Shown here: one piece after another, positions 28,248-38,358 of the stretch
Numbering within the stretch: the first letter of the stretch is position 1
Layout: each line of letters begins with the position of its first letter
From: a virus
Taxonomy: Duplodnaviria > Caudoviricetes
DNA: 64,000 nt
IMG/VR virus record: IMGVR_UViG_3300023218_000040
Span: 140,015-204,014 of that record
Reading direction: 5' to 3' (one strand)
Notes under the pieces: generated by a model
The model's database searches: none
Seen by the model: the letters and a program-made list of their open reading frames with translations, nothing else
Told to the model about the DNA's origin: nothing
Program-made: the position numbers and the translations under genes

Positions 28248-30002
28248 ATGAAACTCCTGGAGTTCCTGGACATCATTCGGGAGGATGACACCAGCGAACC
28301 CGGAAAGTTTGTTGGAGCCCGCCTTACCCGAGAATCTGAACGCAATCTCATGCACTGGATGCGTGAGACGGGCTTGCGTAAGCGTGTCCCACGTGCTCGT
28401 CTCCACATCACCGTCATTGGCGATAAGACTAGGAATTTCGATTGGACTCCCGCTGTATTTGATCCACCCCTAGAAGTCGATGCTTCTACGTATAAGCTTC
28501 AACGCTTCGGGGGTGAGAATGAGTGCGTCGTTCTGACGTTTTCCTGCCCTGAGCTAGAGAAACGTCATAACAAGGCACGTAAAGAACATGGTATCCATTA
28601 TGACCATGACCACTATCAGCCACACATTACTGTTAGTGTCGATCCCAAAGAACTGAATAACCTGGAGAGCCTCCTTCTTCCTACCTTCCCGCTGTATATC
28701 GACCGAGAATACGAGCAGCCTTGGGAACACAAATTCAATGAGAGTTCCGAGCGTCGTCGTAAAGAACGTACTAACGAAGATATTCTATTCGAGCGCAACC
28801 TGCTGAATCCTGAAATGGCGATAGATGCTGCTGATCGTTTCTCTGACTCTTTTGCTCAGTTCGGTGTGCATGTCGCTGAATGGGCAAAGAGATCCATGCG
28901 AAAGTATGTCATCAACAATTTCCCTGCTAAGAAAATCATACAGTACGAGTTGATGGATATCATCCCTCCTGACGCAGACAAACAGAAGATTGTTCAGGGT
29001 GCTGCTGTCATTCAATATCCAAACGACCCTGAAACATTCGGTATCCTGAGTGGACGCACTCAAGAGCAAACTCTGTCATTGCCAATCTGGGCTGCAAATG
29101 CTCTCCAACGGGGCGAAGAGATATACTTCCTGGACAGCAAAGCCATTTTTGGAAGGGGAGGACTGGATTATCAAACACGGATGGTTGCAGACTGGTTCAG
29201 AAATTTGTCACGTACTAATCCACAGTTGCTTGAGCCACATCGACTCAACAGAATGTCTTGGGCTCAAGCTCTTCAAGGTACCGAGAAATATCACGAAGAA
29301 CTCAAACGTAGAAAAGAAGCAGACATTGAGGAAGAGGGAGACAAAGAACTGTACCTGGACCTCGGACAGAATGGTCAATGGTGGAAGCTAACGGGACCAT
29401 CATGCCTTGACCGTGAAGGTAACTTGATGGGTCACTGTGTTGCAGATTACATCGATGATGTAGAAAGCGATGAAGCAATCATTCTGTCACTTCGTGACTC
29501 TAAAAACAATCCACATGTTACTGTGGAACTTCGTCCGTTTGAGATGAAGGATGCACAGGGTATTGCAATCGAACAAATCAAGGGTAAAGAAAACGAGCCC
29601 CCTGTGAAGAAGTATTGGCCGCAGGTTGAAGAATTACTCAAACACTTGAAGAGTGAGACCACCATCACGGCTGGTGATGGCATGGGAGAAGAAGACCTCT
29701 TAGCAATGGGTATCATCATTGTTCCATTTGATGACAACGCAATCATTCGAGTGTCAGCAACGGGAGATCCCGGTGACCCATTAGATTGGAGTATTGAAAT
29801 CAAGGGCGTGATTATCGACATGGGCAAGGAGATGGACTACGAGGAAGAAAGCACAGTGGAAGAATTCTCCAACGACAACAATTTGAATCCTCAAGAACTC
29901 ATCTACAACTTAGCCAAGACCGGTGAATATCGAATCGAGGGGTTTGATTCGGATCTCGTAGTCTATCCAACGTATTCATGGTCGATGAAAAAGATTGGTT
30001 AA
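28248..30002 (+). CDS. Fusion of an Acb1/gp57B-like 2H phosphoesterase and a PcfJ-like domain, probable virion protein
   Basis: VPRARLHITV and YQPHITVS HxT motifs and IDREYEQP match T4 gp57B as I recall it; EG..MGHCV..Y..SLRD..N.PHVT.E..QIKGK.N. Confidence 0.8.
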   Translation: MKLLEFLDIIREDDTSEPGKFVGARLTRESERNLMHWMRETGLRKRVPRARLHITVIGDKTRNFDWTPAVFDPPLEVDASTYKLQRFGGENECVVLTFSCPELEKRHNKARKEHGIHYDHDHYQPHITVSVDPKELNNLESLLLPTFPLYIDREYEQPWEHKFNESSERRRKERTNEDILFERNLLNPEMAIDAADRFSDSFAQFGVHVAEWAKRSMRKYVINNFPAKKIIQYELMDIIPPDADKQKIVQGAAVIQYPNDPETFGILSGRTQEQTLSLPIWAANALQRGEEIYFLDSKAIFGRGGLDYQTRMVADWFRNLSRTNPQLLEPHRLNRMSWAQALQGTEKYHEELKRRKEADIEEEGDKELYLDLGQNGQWWKLTGPSCLDREGNLMGHCVADYIDDVESDEAIILSLRDSKNNPHVTVELRPFEMKDAQGIAIEQIKGKENEPPVKKYWPQVEELLKHLKSETTITAGDGMGEEDLLAMGIIIVPFDDNAIIRVSATGDPGDPLDWSIEIKGVIIDMGKEMDYEEESTVEEFSNDNNLNPQELIYNLAKTGEYRIEGFDSDLVVYPTYSWSMKKIG

Positions 30003-30289
30003 GGTCCAGCGAATACGTCTGGTGAACCTTCAGCTACCGATGTGCATGCAGTGATAGCATCACCCACACGACCAGCACCCAGATTGTTCACAAATACTGT
30101 CGTGCTGCCAATAGCAATTGGAGCGGTGTGGGTAGGACATGGGACTGGTGGGAGCAAATGTGGAGTGTTGACATCGCTTTCACGGCTCCACGGAATTCCA
30201 TTGACAAACACATCGGGTGATCCTTCTGCCCTAACCATAGGCGAGCAGTGCGGAACGTCATCGTCACCAATTCTAGTTGCTGCTGGCAC
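29999..30289 (-). CDS. PAAR spike-tip protein (gp5.4-like)
   Basis: PAATRIGD..HC...GSPDVFVNG...H...GS.TVFVN...R.GD..C...GSPDVFAG; GTG start. Confidence 0.92.
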   Translation of the reverse strand: MPAATRIGDDDVPHCSPMVRAEGSPDVFVNGIPWSRESDVNTPHLLPPVPCPTHTAPIAIGSTTVFVNNLGAGRVGDAITACTSVAEGSPDVFAGP

Positions 30290-30479
30290 GCTCAATTTCC
30301 ATCAGTTGTTGTAGCTTATCATTGAAGGTAGCCATCTGTGCATGTTCTTCCTCCGTGTGAGGTTCAGACGGATACTCCGGAGCAAACTTGATTACATGCT
30401 CAAAATCGTGAGGAATGTCGTCGTATTCCGAATACGTCTCTAATTCCCCATTTCTAAGAATCACAAATTCACCTTTCAT
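30273..30479 (-). CDS. Small protein upstream of PAAR
   Basis: MKGEFVIL.NGEL.TY..Y.DIP..F.HVIKF.P..P.EPHTEE.H; TAAATA late promoter upstream. Confidence 0.65.
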   Translation of the reverse strand: MKGEFVILRNGELETYSEYDDIPHDFEHVIKFAPEYPSEPHTEEEHAQMATFNDKLQQLMEIERASSN

Positions 30480-30589
30480 ACTATTATTTACTGGTGACCG
30501 ATCCCACACTATTCCCAAATAGTTATTGACGAATAATCCTGTCTCCTGTATACTTCTTTCATAAACTTCGGAGACCAATCACGAACGCT

Positions 30590-30763
30590 ATGCAGATCGA
30601 AGACATTATCATCAAGGGCAAGTACAGCGTCGAGACCACAAACACCAACAACAATCCTCGTGAACTTCTTCGTCAGGCGGCTCTATTGGAACTTGAGCGT
30701 GGTAACTTCAGTGCCGCCAAGGACATCACCAGCATCCCGAACAACCACTACACCCGCCAGTAA
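30590..30763 (+). CDS. Hypothetical early protein (57 aa, not in ORF track)
   Basis: MQIEDIIIKGKYSVET...; upstream TTGACG..TATACT promoter and GGAG. Confidence 0.55.
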   Translation: MQIEDIIIKGKYSVETTNTNNNPRELLRQAALLELERGNFSAAKDITSIPNNHYTRQ

Positions 30764-30774
30764 GGAGAACTATC

Positions 30775-31191
30775 ATGGGATACCACTACGCAGAATACTC
30801 CTGCATCGGTCGGGGTCAGCACAACGGCGAGAACGTCACCTTGTGGCTCATCGGCACCAAGTGGCACGAAAGCGAGTCGCTGAACGAGGGTGTCGCTTAC
30901 ACCCGAGAGGACGAACACAACAAGATTCTGCGCTGGCAGTCCAACGATGCCGTCGTGCCCGCTGACATCATGGAGGTCGCCACCGGTCTCTTTGAAGAGA
31001 ACTGGCCCTTCCGTGCAGAGATGAATGAGGCTCGTGATGCTCAGATGGCTGCTACCATTGCTGCCTACAAGCAGGGTCGTGCCAACATGACCTCCGATCA
31101 GCGTGCCGAGGAAGCCTTCGAGCGACTTGCAGCCTTTGGACCCGGAAAGGAAGTAGTGAACGTCATTACAGGTGAGCGCTTCAATACTTGA
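30775..31191 (+). CDS. Hypothetical early protein
   Basis: RBS AAGGAG; codon bias. Confidence 0.65.
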   Translation: MGYHYAEYSCIGRGQHNGENVTLWLIGTKWHESESLNEGVAYTREDEHNKILRWQSNDAVVPADIMEVATGLFEENWPFRAEMNEARDAQMAATIAAYKQGRANMTSDQRAEEAFERLAAFGPGKEVVNVITGERFNT

Positions 31192-31240
31192 TTCTTCATG
31201 AAATTCGTGTAAGATATTTCATCAATCAAGGAAATCACTC

Positions 31241-31444
31241 ATGCGCTACGACACAGTAACCGTTTCCGCCCAGGTTCTTCAGGATCTCGTCTACAACGTC
31301 GAGCTTTTGACCGCTGGTCAAGGGCATACCACCATCGAGGCACAATGCCGTAAGCTCCAGGGTTACCTGGACGAGTCGGCTTCCGAGTACACCGGTCACA
31401 TCAATCGTGGCAACGTCACGTTCGCAGCATTCGGAGGAAAGTAA
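31241..31444 (+). CDS. Hypothetical early protein
   Basis: RBS AAGGA; codon bias. Confidence 0.6.
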   Translation: MRYDTVTVSAQVLQDLVYNVELLTAGQGHTTIEAQCRKLQGYLDESASEYTGHINRGNVTFAAFGGK

Positions 31445-31639
31445 ATGAGCAACAGTGAATACATCCTTATCAACGCCGCTGGGGTAAATCGAGTCACCAA
31501 GAAGCGATTCAACGCCAAGAGCGCCCTGGACATGGTTCCTCTCACACAATGGAGTCAGATCATCAAAAGGTCCGCTGCGGTGGACAGAATGATCGACGCC
31601 TTGCGAAGAAAGGAACGAACCATCACCGGACTGAAATGA
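31445..31639 (+). CDS. Hypothetical early protein
   Basis: Abuts the upstream stop; RBS GGAGG. Confidence 0.55.
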   Translation: MSNSEYILINAAGVNRVTKKRFNAKSALDMVPLTQWSQIIKRSAAVDRMIDALRRKERTITGLK

Positions 31640-31640
31640 A

Positions 31641-31666
31641 AAAGGGGGCCAAATGGCCCCCTTTTT
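31641..31666. terminator. Bidirectional intrinsic terminator
   Basis: AAA-GGGGGCC-aaat-GGCCCCC-TTTTT between convergent genes. Confidence 0.85.
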
Positions 31667-31688
31667 CTGTTTGGATTAAGCGTCAAGC

Positions 31689-34600
31689 TTAATCTTGGTT
31701 CACACCCATGATGGAAACTTGACCAGCAGTTGCTACTGCGAAGTTGATGGTTACCTGAGTTGCGCTGTTGGCAATAATTGTGGCCGGGATAACAACTTCA
31801 TCGTTGTCATCGTAAACCGTGATAACCGGATACTGCTGATTCAGGTTGTGTGTAACAACCCACTGCGTGGAAGAAGTGAAGGCTTCCGTATGGAAGATCT
31901 TCTTGGCTTCCCACGTCGATGCGGTTGCATCGAATACCAGAGCAAATCCAGCAGCCTCAGCCGTCGTGTCAACATCGTTGAGGTCACCAAGAGTTGTGGC
32001 ACCTTGAATTGCGCTAGCAAGCTGAGCAACTGTAACCTTCTTAACGTTGTTAGAGTCGTCAACGTCAGCGATTGCAATTTCATCACCAGTTGCTGGAGCA
32101 ACACCAAGAGCGGTTAGACTGTTGATGTTAACGTTGAAGGTGATAGTATCACTACCCGGGGTACCAACAGTGTCGATACCCGTTCCACCAACGAGGGTTA
32201 GAGTATCAGAATTGGTGTCGGCAACAATGTCACCACCACTGTCTGGAGTGATAGTGGTGAACGCTAGGCTACTAGCAGTCTCCCACGTTAGCACACCAGA
32301 ACCATCAGTCCGTAGGAATTGACCAACATCACCGTCATCGGCAGGTAGCGTCAGAGTAAAGCTTGTGGTGATTGTAGCAGGAGCCTGTAGTCCGACGAAT
32401 TCACCACCAGTATTATCCTCAAGACGAATGGCACCAGAAGAACCAGTAGTTGGTCCAATGATTCGGACAACACCGTTTTCACCAGTACCGTCACCAGCAC
32501 CAGGACGAAGCTCGATATCGCCACCACTTTCGTCACCACCACCAGCATCACCAGCAGTGATTACAACTGCACCACCATCACCATCAGTACCACCAGTACC
32601 GGCACTCAGATTGATAGCACCACCAGCACCAGTTGTGTTACCAGTTCCAGCAGTGAAGCTGATTGGAGCACCAGCAGTAGCAGCCGTATCGGCAGTACCC
32701 ATCGAAGCCGTCCAGCCAGAAGAGGCTAGAGTCATGATGTCTGCTACAGCACCGTATCCGGCAGGAGAATCACCAACATCGAAGCGGATGATGTCTTCAT
32801 CAGCATTTTCTTCGACCTGAATCTGAGTGTCACTATCAGCATCCGATAGCAGCACAGCAGAGTCTAGGCTAGACCAGGAGAGAACTCCAGCACCGTTGGA
32901 GACAAGAGCCTGAGTTCCGGTAGAGTCGGAATCAGGAAGCGTCCAGATTACGTTCGAAGTGATTGCATCAGGAGCCTTGAAACCAACATAGTTGTTTCCG
33001 CTGGCTACTAGTTCGAAGAATCGGAGTTCAGTAGTATCACCAGAATCCGTTCCGATAGGAAGAAGGTTTACGGAACCTTTATTACTACTAGCATTACCAG
33101 GAGTCAGGTTAATGTCACCACCGTCAGCCGCACCTGAAGAACCAGCAGTAAGATTAATGGAGCCACCTACTCCAGAGGAATTACCACCAGAGATGTCTAC
33201 ATTACCACCAGCACCGGTGCTGGAAGAAAAACCACCAGCCAGGACAAGATCACCAGCGTCAGCACCGGTGATACCAGTTCCAGCAGTGATTACAACATCA
33301 CCACCAACAGCACCACCATCGTTACCACCACCAGCACCAGCAGTCAGGTTGATAGCACCACCAACACCAGTACCATTACCATCACCAGCAGTAATGTCAA
33401 TAGAACCAGCATTACCCTCAGCCGTCTTATTACCAGTAGAAATACTGATCGCACCGGTATCAACGCCAGCAAGACCATTGCTTGGGGTACTGATAGTGAT
33501 TGTTCCAGCGGTACCGCTAGTAGCAGTATTGCTACCAGTAGAGATCGTTACTGAACCACTACTAGTATTACCATCACCACCAATAACAGAAACATCACCA
33601 CCATTTGCAGCGCTAGAATTACCACAACGCATAGTAACAAGACCACCATCACCACCAAGTAAACCACCAACACCACCTTGGACAGTAGTAGAGTGCCCGG
33701 CTAACGGAGTGCCGAGCATAGTAGTGTGACCAATCTGAATGGCAGTGTTGGAAATCGTTACGATGTCCTGACGAGCCACTCCGCCTGTGTCACCAACGTC
33801 GAAGCGGATGATGTCTTCATCAGCATTTTCTTCGACCTCAACCCTCGTGTCACCATCAGCATCAACCAACAATGTATTGTCAATTGACAGTTCGGTAGAA
33901 ACACCAGCAGCAACTTCGGCCAGAGTGAAGGTTTGGTTAGCTGTAGCCGAAACGTTGTACAACAGGAAGAGGTCACCCGTAGCAACATCTTCACCAGCCA
34001 ATGCGTTTCCAACAATATCCAAACCAATTGTTGGGTTACCAGCAACACCGTCACCATTGGTGACAGTCAGACCATCTTCGTTACCAGGACCAGAAACGGC
34101 AATGGAACGATTGACATAAGTTCCAGCAGCAGTCTGAACCGCAATACCGTTACCACCAAGAGAGTTAACGATATCCAGGTCACTCAGGAAGTCGGAGACC
34201 AAACGCTTACGGGAACCATTGTCAACACCACTATCGACAACCGATACATCATGGAACGTAATTTCGTCAGTTGTGGTAATAGCAGTATCTGTTAGGTCAC
34301 CGGTATCGAGGAAGATTGTGGAACCAGACTGTGCAAGACCAGCACCAGCAGTAAAGGAACCAGCACCAGCGAACTGAACCCAATTGATGTTATCGGTCTC
34401 AACCGTTAGTTGACCATCTCCAATGACCACCCATCCGCTATCAGCGTTGGTAGTACCTTCTTCAACGAACGTGAAGTTACCACCGGATACCTCGTTGGAT
34501 GGAGAACCGTCCTGGTCAGCAGCACGAGTAAGCTCAAGTGCAGTAGTACCATCAGATAGAACTGAAACAGTATAGATACCATTGTGAGTCGCATCAGCCT

Positions 34601-35246
34601 CGTTCTTGACAAGGATACGATCTCCAACAGCAAAACCGTTTGCGGCTGTGATATCCTCACCGTCAATGGTGACAACACCAACAGCGTCCATTGTCAGCGT
34701 AGCGCCAACGCCAGAACCATTCTGCGTATTAGCAGGTAGAGCAGCAGTGGTAGCTACACGAACCGATTCCTTCGGATCAAGACCAGCAGCCAGACTGTCA
34801 ACGTAGGACTTCGAAACAGCAGCCGTTGCTCCAGATGGAATTGCTGGAAGACCCAGAAGTTCACCACCACCAGACAGAGTAATGTCTACTCCGGAAGCAG
34901 CCGTGATTCCAGTAGTGTCAAAGCAAATTACTTCAGCACCGCCAGCAGAAACACAGATTTGATCTGCGCCACCAGAATATACACCACTATCAAGGTCACC
35001 CGTGAAAGTGACCGATGGAGCAACAGCAGTACCCGTCGGATGTACTATTGGGAGGGTGGAAGTTACAGCAGTCGTGCTAATAGAGACTCGCTCTGTACCA
35101 CCAGTAGAGATTCCGATGGTATCAGCAGCGCTACGATACAAACCAGTATCCGTATCACCGTTAAACGAAATTGATGGTGTAGCAGCCGTATTCAGTGCAT
35201 CATCAAATATCGCTTGTCCTCGGGCGTCAATCAAACCTATACGCAT
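31689..35246 (-). CDS. Long Gly/Thr/Asp-rich tail fibre-like protein (1185 aa)
   Basis: TPSISFNGDTDTGLY and ATKxYVD-like fibre motifs, LDPKESVRVATT, G-rich repeats, C-terminal VTHNLNQQYP. Confidence 0.8.
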   Translation of the reverse strand: MRIGLIDARGQAIFDDALNTAATPSISFNGDTDTGLYRSAADTIGISTGGTERVSISTTAVTSTLPIVHPTGTAVAPSVTFTGDLDSGVYSGGADQICVSAGGAEVICFDTTGITAASGVDITLSGGGELLGLPAIPSGATAAVSKSYVDSLAAGLDPKESVRVATTAALPANTQNGSGVGATLTMDAVGVVTIDGEDITAANGFAVGDRILVKNEADATHNGIYTVSVLSDGTTALELTRAADQDGSPSNEVSGGNFTFVEEGTTNADSGWVVIGDGQLTVETDNINWVQFAGAGSFTAGAGLAQSGSTIFLDTGDLTDTAITTTDEITFHDVSVVDSGVDNGSRKRLVSDFLSDLDIVNSLGGNGIAVQTAAGTYVNRSIAVSGPGNEDGLTVTNGDGVAGNPTIGLDIVGNALAGEDVATGDLFLLYNVSATANQTFTLAEVAAGVSTELSIDNTLLVDADGDTRVEVEENADEDIIRFDVGDTGGVARQDIVTISNTAIQIGHTTMLGTPLAGHSTTVQGGVGGLLGGDGGLVTMRCGNSSAANGGDVSVIGGDGNTSSGSVTISTGSNTATSGTAGTITISTPSNGLAGVDTGAISISTGNKTAEGNAGSIDITAGDGNGTGVGGAINLTAGAGGGNDGGAVGGDVVITAGTGITGADAGDLVLAGGFSSSTGAGGNVDISGGNSSGVGGSINLTAGSSGAADGGDINLTPGNASSNKGSVNLLPIGTDSGDTTELRFFELVASGNNYVGFKAPDAITSNVIWTLPDSDSTGTQALVSNGAGVLSWSSLDSAVLLSDADSDTQIQVEENADEDIIRFDVGDSPAGYGAVADIMTLASSGWTASMGTADTAATAGAPISFTAGTGNTTGAGGAINLSAGTGGTDGDGGAVVITAGDAGGGDESGGDIELRPGAGDGTGENGVVRIIGPTTGSSGAIRLEDNTGGEFVGLQAPATITTSFTLTLPADDGDVGQFLRTDGSGVLTWETASSLAFTTITPDSGGDIVADTNSDTLTLVGGTGIDTVGTPGSDTITFNVNINSLTALGVAPATGDEIAIADVDDSNNVKKVTVAQLASAIQGATTLGDLNDVDTTAEAAGFALVFDATASTWEAKKIFHTEAFTSSTQWVVTHNLNQQYPVITVYDDNDEVVIPATIIANSATQVTINFAVATAGQVSIMGVNQD
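32770..33838. repeat. Two near-identical 49-bp copies (32770-32818, 33790-33838) encoding VEENADEDIIRFDVGD
   Basis: One mismatch in 49 bp, 1020 bp apart. Confidence 0.85.
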
Positions 35247-35587
35247 TGTAATTTTCCTCGGTTATTTTTTATTTTTATGGCTCTGTAGGATCTATTTGAA
35301 GCCACAATACTTGCCCTTTTATTTAGTCGTTAGCTTCATACATAAGCACTGGAACCCAAAATCGTTGACTAATACTATTTCATTACGTAAACTCTATTAA
35401 ACCACGTTGAAAGGATGTGAGAGGTTTGGGATTTTTGTGCTTCAGAAGAACTGTCAACACTTCTGATGTAGAATCTAGCACATGGGAAGCCAGTCAATGA
35501 TGAGCACGGTGTTGCCACGGGGGAAAAGGAGGTCTACGATTACTTCGGGGGGTTGACTTCACTCCTGTCGAGTAGTACATTTCAATC

Positions 35588-36295
35588 ATGAAAAAGATCC
35601 AAGTGAAAAACGATGCGCTGAATGTTGGTCTACCAAAATGGCCAGCGTTGATTGTTGCTGGAGAAAAAGTCAGCGAGGATTTGGCTTCGGAGATCTTGAT
35701 TCGCACAGACTCAAATCTTCCTGATTACGAGTACGTTCTAAATGACACCGACTACGCCAACCAAATCATGTCTCTGTTTGGTATGCCTTCACGTTTCCGT
35801 GGTGCCAAGCGTGATGATTTCATGGCTCATTACGACAAGGTCGATGCTATTCGTAAAAAGCTAGGTATACTCGGATTGGACTATCTAAAGAATAGCCGCA
35901 TCGGATCTTCCTACATCGGTGGCCCGCATGGTTGGTGCGATTGGAGCGGAAACATCTTTTGCAACACGTACAATATCGGCAAGTGGCCAGAGGCCGATAC
36001 CGTGGCGAATGAGTGGGCTAAAATTGCATCAGTATTCCCTACCCTCAAGCTTCGTTGCCAGCTTTTGGATGCTGAGCAATGCGAGGACCATGGTGTACCC
36101 GCCGTAGAGTACATGGTTGCAAATGGAAAGGTGATCGTTGACAAGCCAAAGGGACAACTTCTTCCGGTTGTTAATGACATTACAGGCAATGTGATGGGTA
36201 TATTCAATCCCAGTCGTGAGCGAGGCATTCCTATCAATACGCTTGAAAATAAGCTGAAGAGTCTCTACGGGAAGATTCCGCAGTACAATGACTGA
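35588..36295 (+). CDS. Hypothetical protein
   Basis: 235-aa ORF; GGPHGWCDWSG motif. Confidence 0.6.
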   Translation: MKKIQVKNDALNVGLPKWPALIVAGEKVSEDLASEILIRTDSNLPDYEYVLNDTDYANQIMSLFGMPSRFRGAKRDDFMAHYDKVDAIRKKLGILGLDYLKNSRIGSSYIGGPHGWCDWSGNIFCNTYNIGKWPEADTVANEWAKIASVFPTLKLRCQLLDAEQCEDHGVPAVEYMVANGKVIVDKPKGQLLPVVNDITGNVMGIFNPSRERGIPINTLENKLKSLYGKIPQYND

Positions 36296-36458
36296 AGGAC
36301 GAGGCTTTCCGGGCGGCACTCGGTAAAGCCCTATACCGGTCGTAAGAACAAGAAAGGAAGTTCTTGATGTGCGAAGCAACCTTCGGAAACCATACTGTAA
36401 TCATGTAGCAAGGAGATCATTACACGAAAGGTTCCAGAAATGAGCGTAGTATGAAGAA

Positions 36459-37058
36459 ATGAATGACCGATTATTAAGTGAAGTCTTTTTCTCCGTGGAT
36501 GGAGAATTCGATGGACCATTTCCACCGAACCATTCCATGTTGTCAATTGGCTCTGTAGCGTTCACGTTGTCTGATGGCGTCATCGGTGAGTTCAGCGTAA
36601 ATATCAAACCACTTTCTGGAGCTACCATGGACCCCGTAGTCAAGCGGGAGTTCTGGGATAAGCATCCGGAAGCTTTGGCATCCACACTGGTCGATCAGCA
36701 GTCCCCAAAAGTTGCAATGCAGCAATTCAGGAATTTCTATAACCAGTATGCCAAGCCACGGGAGGGAGTTTTTCTGGAGTATCCTGGAGCAATCGATTAC
36801 TTCTGGTGTCATTGGTATTTTCTGAACTTCCTGGGTGAAGATCCCTTCGGACACTCGGGGCAGTTTGGAGTGAAAACATACGCCTCAGCAGCGCTCAAAC
36901 GCCCCCTACGCCATTCCACCAAGCGGAACATGCCCAAGCGTTGGTTTGCCTCGAAGTTGCCTCACACACACGTAGCGCTTGATGACGCAAGACAACAGGC
37001 CCATTTGGCCATTCGAATGATGTGTGATAATCTGGATATCGAGCTACCCCCTCTCTAA
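36459..37058 (+). CDS. DEDDh 3'-5' exonuclease
   Basis: SVDGEFDGP..SMLSIG...D..F...H.ALDDA. Confidence 0.8.
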   Translation: MNDRLLSEVFFSVDGEFDGPFPPNHSMLSIGSVAFTLSDGVIGEFSVNIKPLSGATMDPVVKREFWDKHPEALASTLVDQQSPKVAMQQFRNFYNQYAKPREGVFLEYPGAIDYFWCHWYFLNFLGEDPFGHSGQFGVKTYASAALKRPLRHSTKRNMPKRWFASKLPHTHVALDDARQQAHLAIRMMCDNLDIELPPL

Positions 37059-37281
37059 ATATCGATATAAACAAGTATGCTGCCAGATTGGAACTTAGAA
37101 ATGGTTTACCCTCATTTGATTTTCTTTCTCTATTACTAGGATGGTTTATGATGGATAAGGAAGAAAGACATTCTTGAAGAAATTGATAGACTAGAGAGGG
37201 AAGATCAGCCGACACTCAGGTAGAATCCGTTGACATATCGTCGGCACGGGGTTACAATAAAGAAAGCCGAGGGTATAACCA

Positions 37282-37926
37282 ATGGATAATGCAGAGCTTC
37301 AATATGTAAACGGATTGGGAAGCAAGGAGACCGGATCGCATTTGGACAGGTTCCGTGTGCTCCGTTTGAACGCTGACTTCCGTCCGATGTCTTATTATCC
37401 GCTGTCCACTTGGAACTGGCAGCAGGTAATGTTTTTGCTCGTCAAGGGCATGAACACTGGTACTCCTCGCATCAAGGTCGTGGAGGAGTACGATGATGTC
37501 TACGTCCGTGGTGCCCACAATAAGTTTCGGCTGCCGTCCGTCGTAGCTCACTTGGACTACGTTCCGCCGCCGACTAGAGTTCCGTACACGAAGTTCAACA
37601 TCTTCCTTCGTGACGACTTTACGTGCCAATATACTGGCGAGCGTTGCCGTCCGAGCGACCTGACGTTCGATCACGTGGTACCCCGTGCCAAGGGTGGACA
37701 GTCAACCTGGAACAACATCGTTGCGGCTCGACGTGATATCAACGAGCTAAAGGACCACATGTCGGCTGCGGAGTTTGCAAAGCGACATGGATACCATCTG
37801 ATTCGTAAGCCATACGAACCATCGTACCATGAGCTTCAAAACAAGGGGCGCAAGTACCCACCGCAATACCTGCATGATTCCTGGGAAGATTATCTTTACT
37901 GGAGTTCTGAACTAGAACAGGGTTAA
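37282..37926 (+). CDS. HNH endonuclease (McrA/HNH_5-like)
   Basis: VLRLNADFRPMSYYPLS, NIFLRDDFTCQY, TFDHVVPRAKGG.STWNNIV. Confidence 0.85.
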   Translation: MDNAELQYVNGLGSKETGSHLDRFRVLRLNADFRPMSYYPLSTWNWQQVMFLLVKGMNTGTPRIKVVEEYDDVYVRGAHNKFRLPSVVAHLDYVPPPTRVPYTKFNIFLRDDFTCQYTGERCRPSDLTFDHVVPRAKGGQSTWNNIVAARRDINELKDHMSAAEFAKRHGYHLIRKPYEPSYHELQNKGRKYPPQYLHDSWEDYLYWSSELEQG

Positions 37927-37947
37927 AGTGATTGAAGGTTAAAACCT

Positions 37948-38349
37948 ATGACACCGAGGTTCGCAAGAGATGTAAGGAGAGCACTACCGAAACTCTTGGT
38001 GGTGCTTTTCTTTATTGGTATAGTCTCTTTGTTCTGGAAGATCGCTTACGGTGGCGGTCTAACTATTGGACCGCTTTTTCCGAAAGAAGAGCCTGTAGCT
38101 GAGGTTGTACCGGTAGAACCACAACTAGAATGGATGGTGGTCAATGCCAACAACACTTTGGTGTGGCCATTCAAGAGAGGAACTTGTCAGAAGAACAAGG
38201 CGCACTCTCAGTGGCACAAAGGAGAAGTGGTTTTGGTAATCAGTCGCCAGGATAACTACATCGAAGTCGAATCAGATAAAGACCGTGGCCCGCTGAGCCG
38301 TGGTTGTATCAACGAGAAGCTACTGGACCCTTACCATAATAAGGATTGA
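37948..38349 (+). CDS. Membrane-anchored hypothetical protein
   Basis: N-terminal TM helix, small beta-rich C-terminus. Confidence 0.55.
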   Translation: MTPRFARDVRRALPKLLVVLFFIGIVSLFWKIAYGGGLTIGPLFPKEEPVAEVVPVEPQLEWMVVNANNTLVWPFKRGTCQKNKAHSQWHKGEVVLVISRQDNYIEVESDKDRGPLSRGCINEKLLDPYHNKD

Positions 38350-38358
38350 AATTTTCTC

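Noticed and set aside
31689-35246. DGR template/variable repeat or invertible segment in the fibre
   Set aside because: The repeats are direct, lack adenine-specific mismatches, and no reverse transcriptase or invertase is in the window.
37077-37226. Frameshifted small membrane gene
   Set aside because: Needs two frameshifts to join the fragments; no supporting motif.
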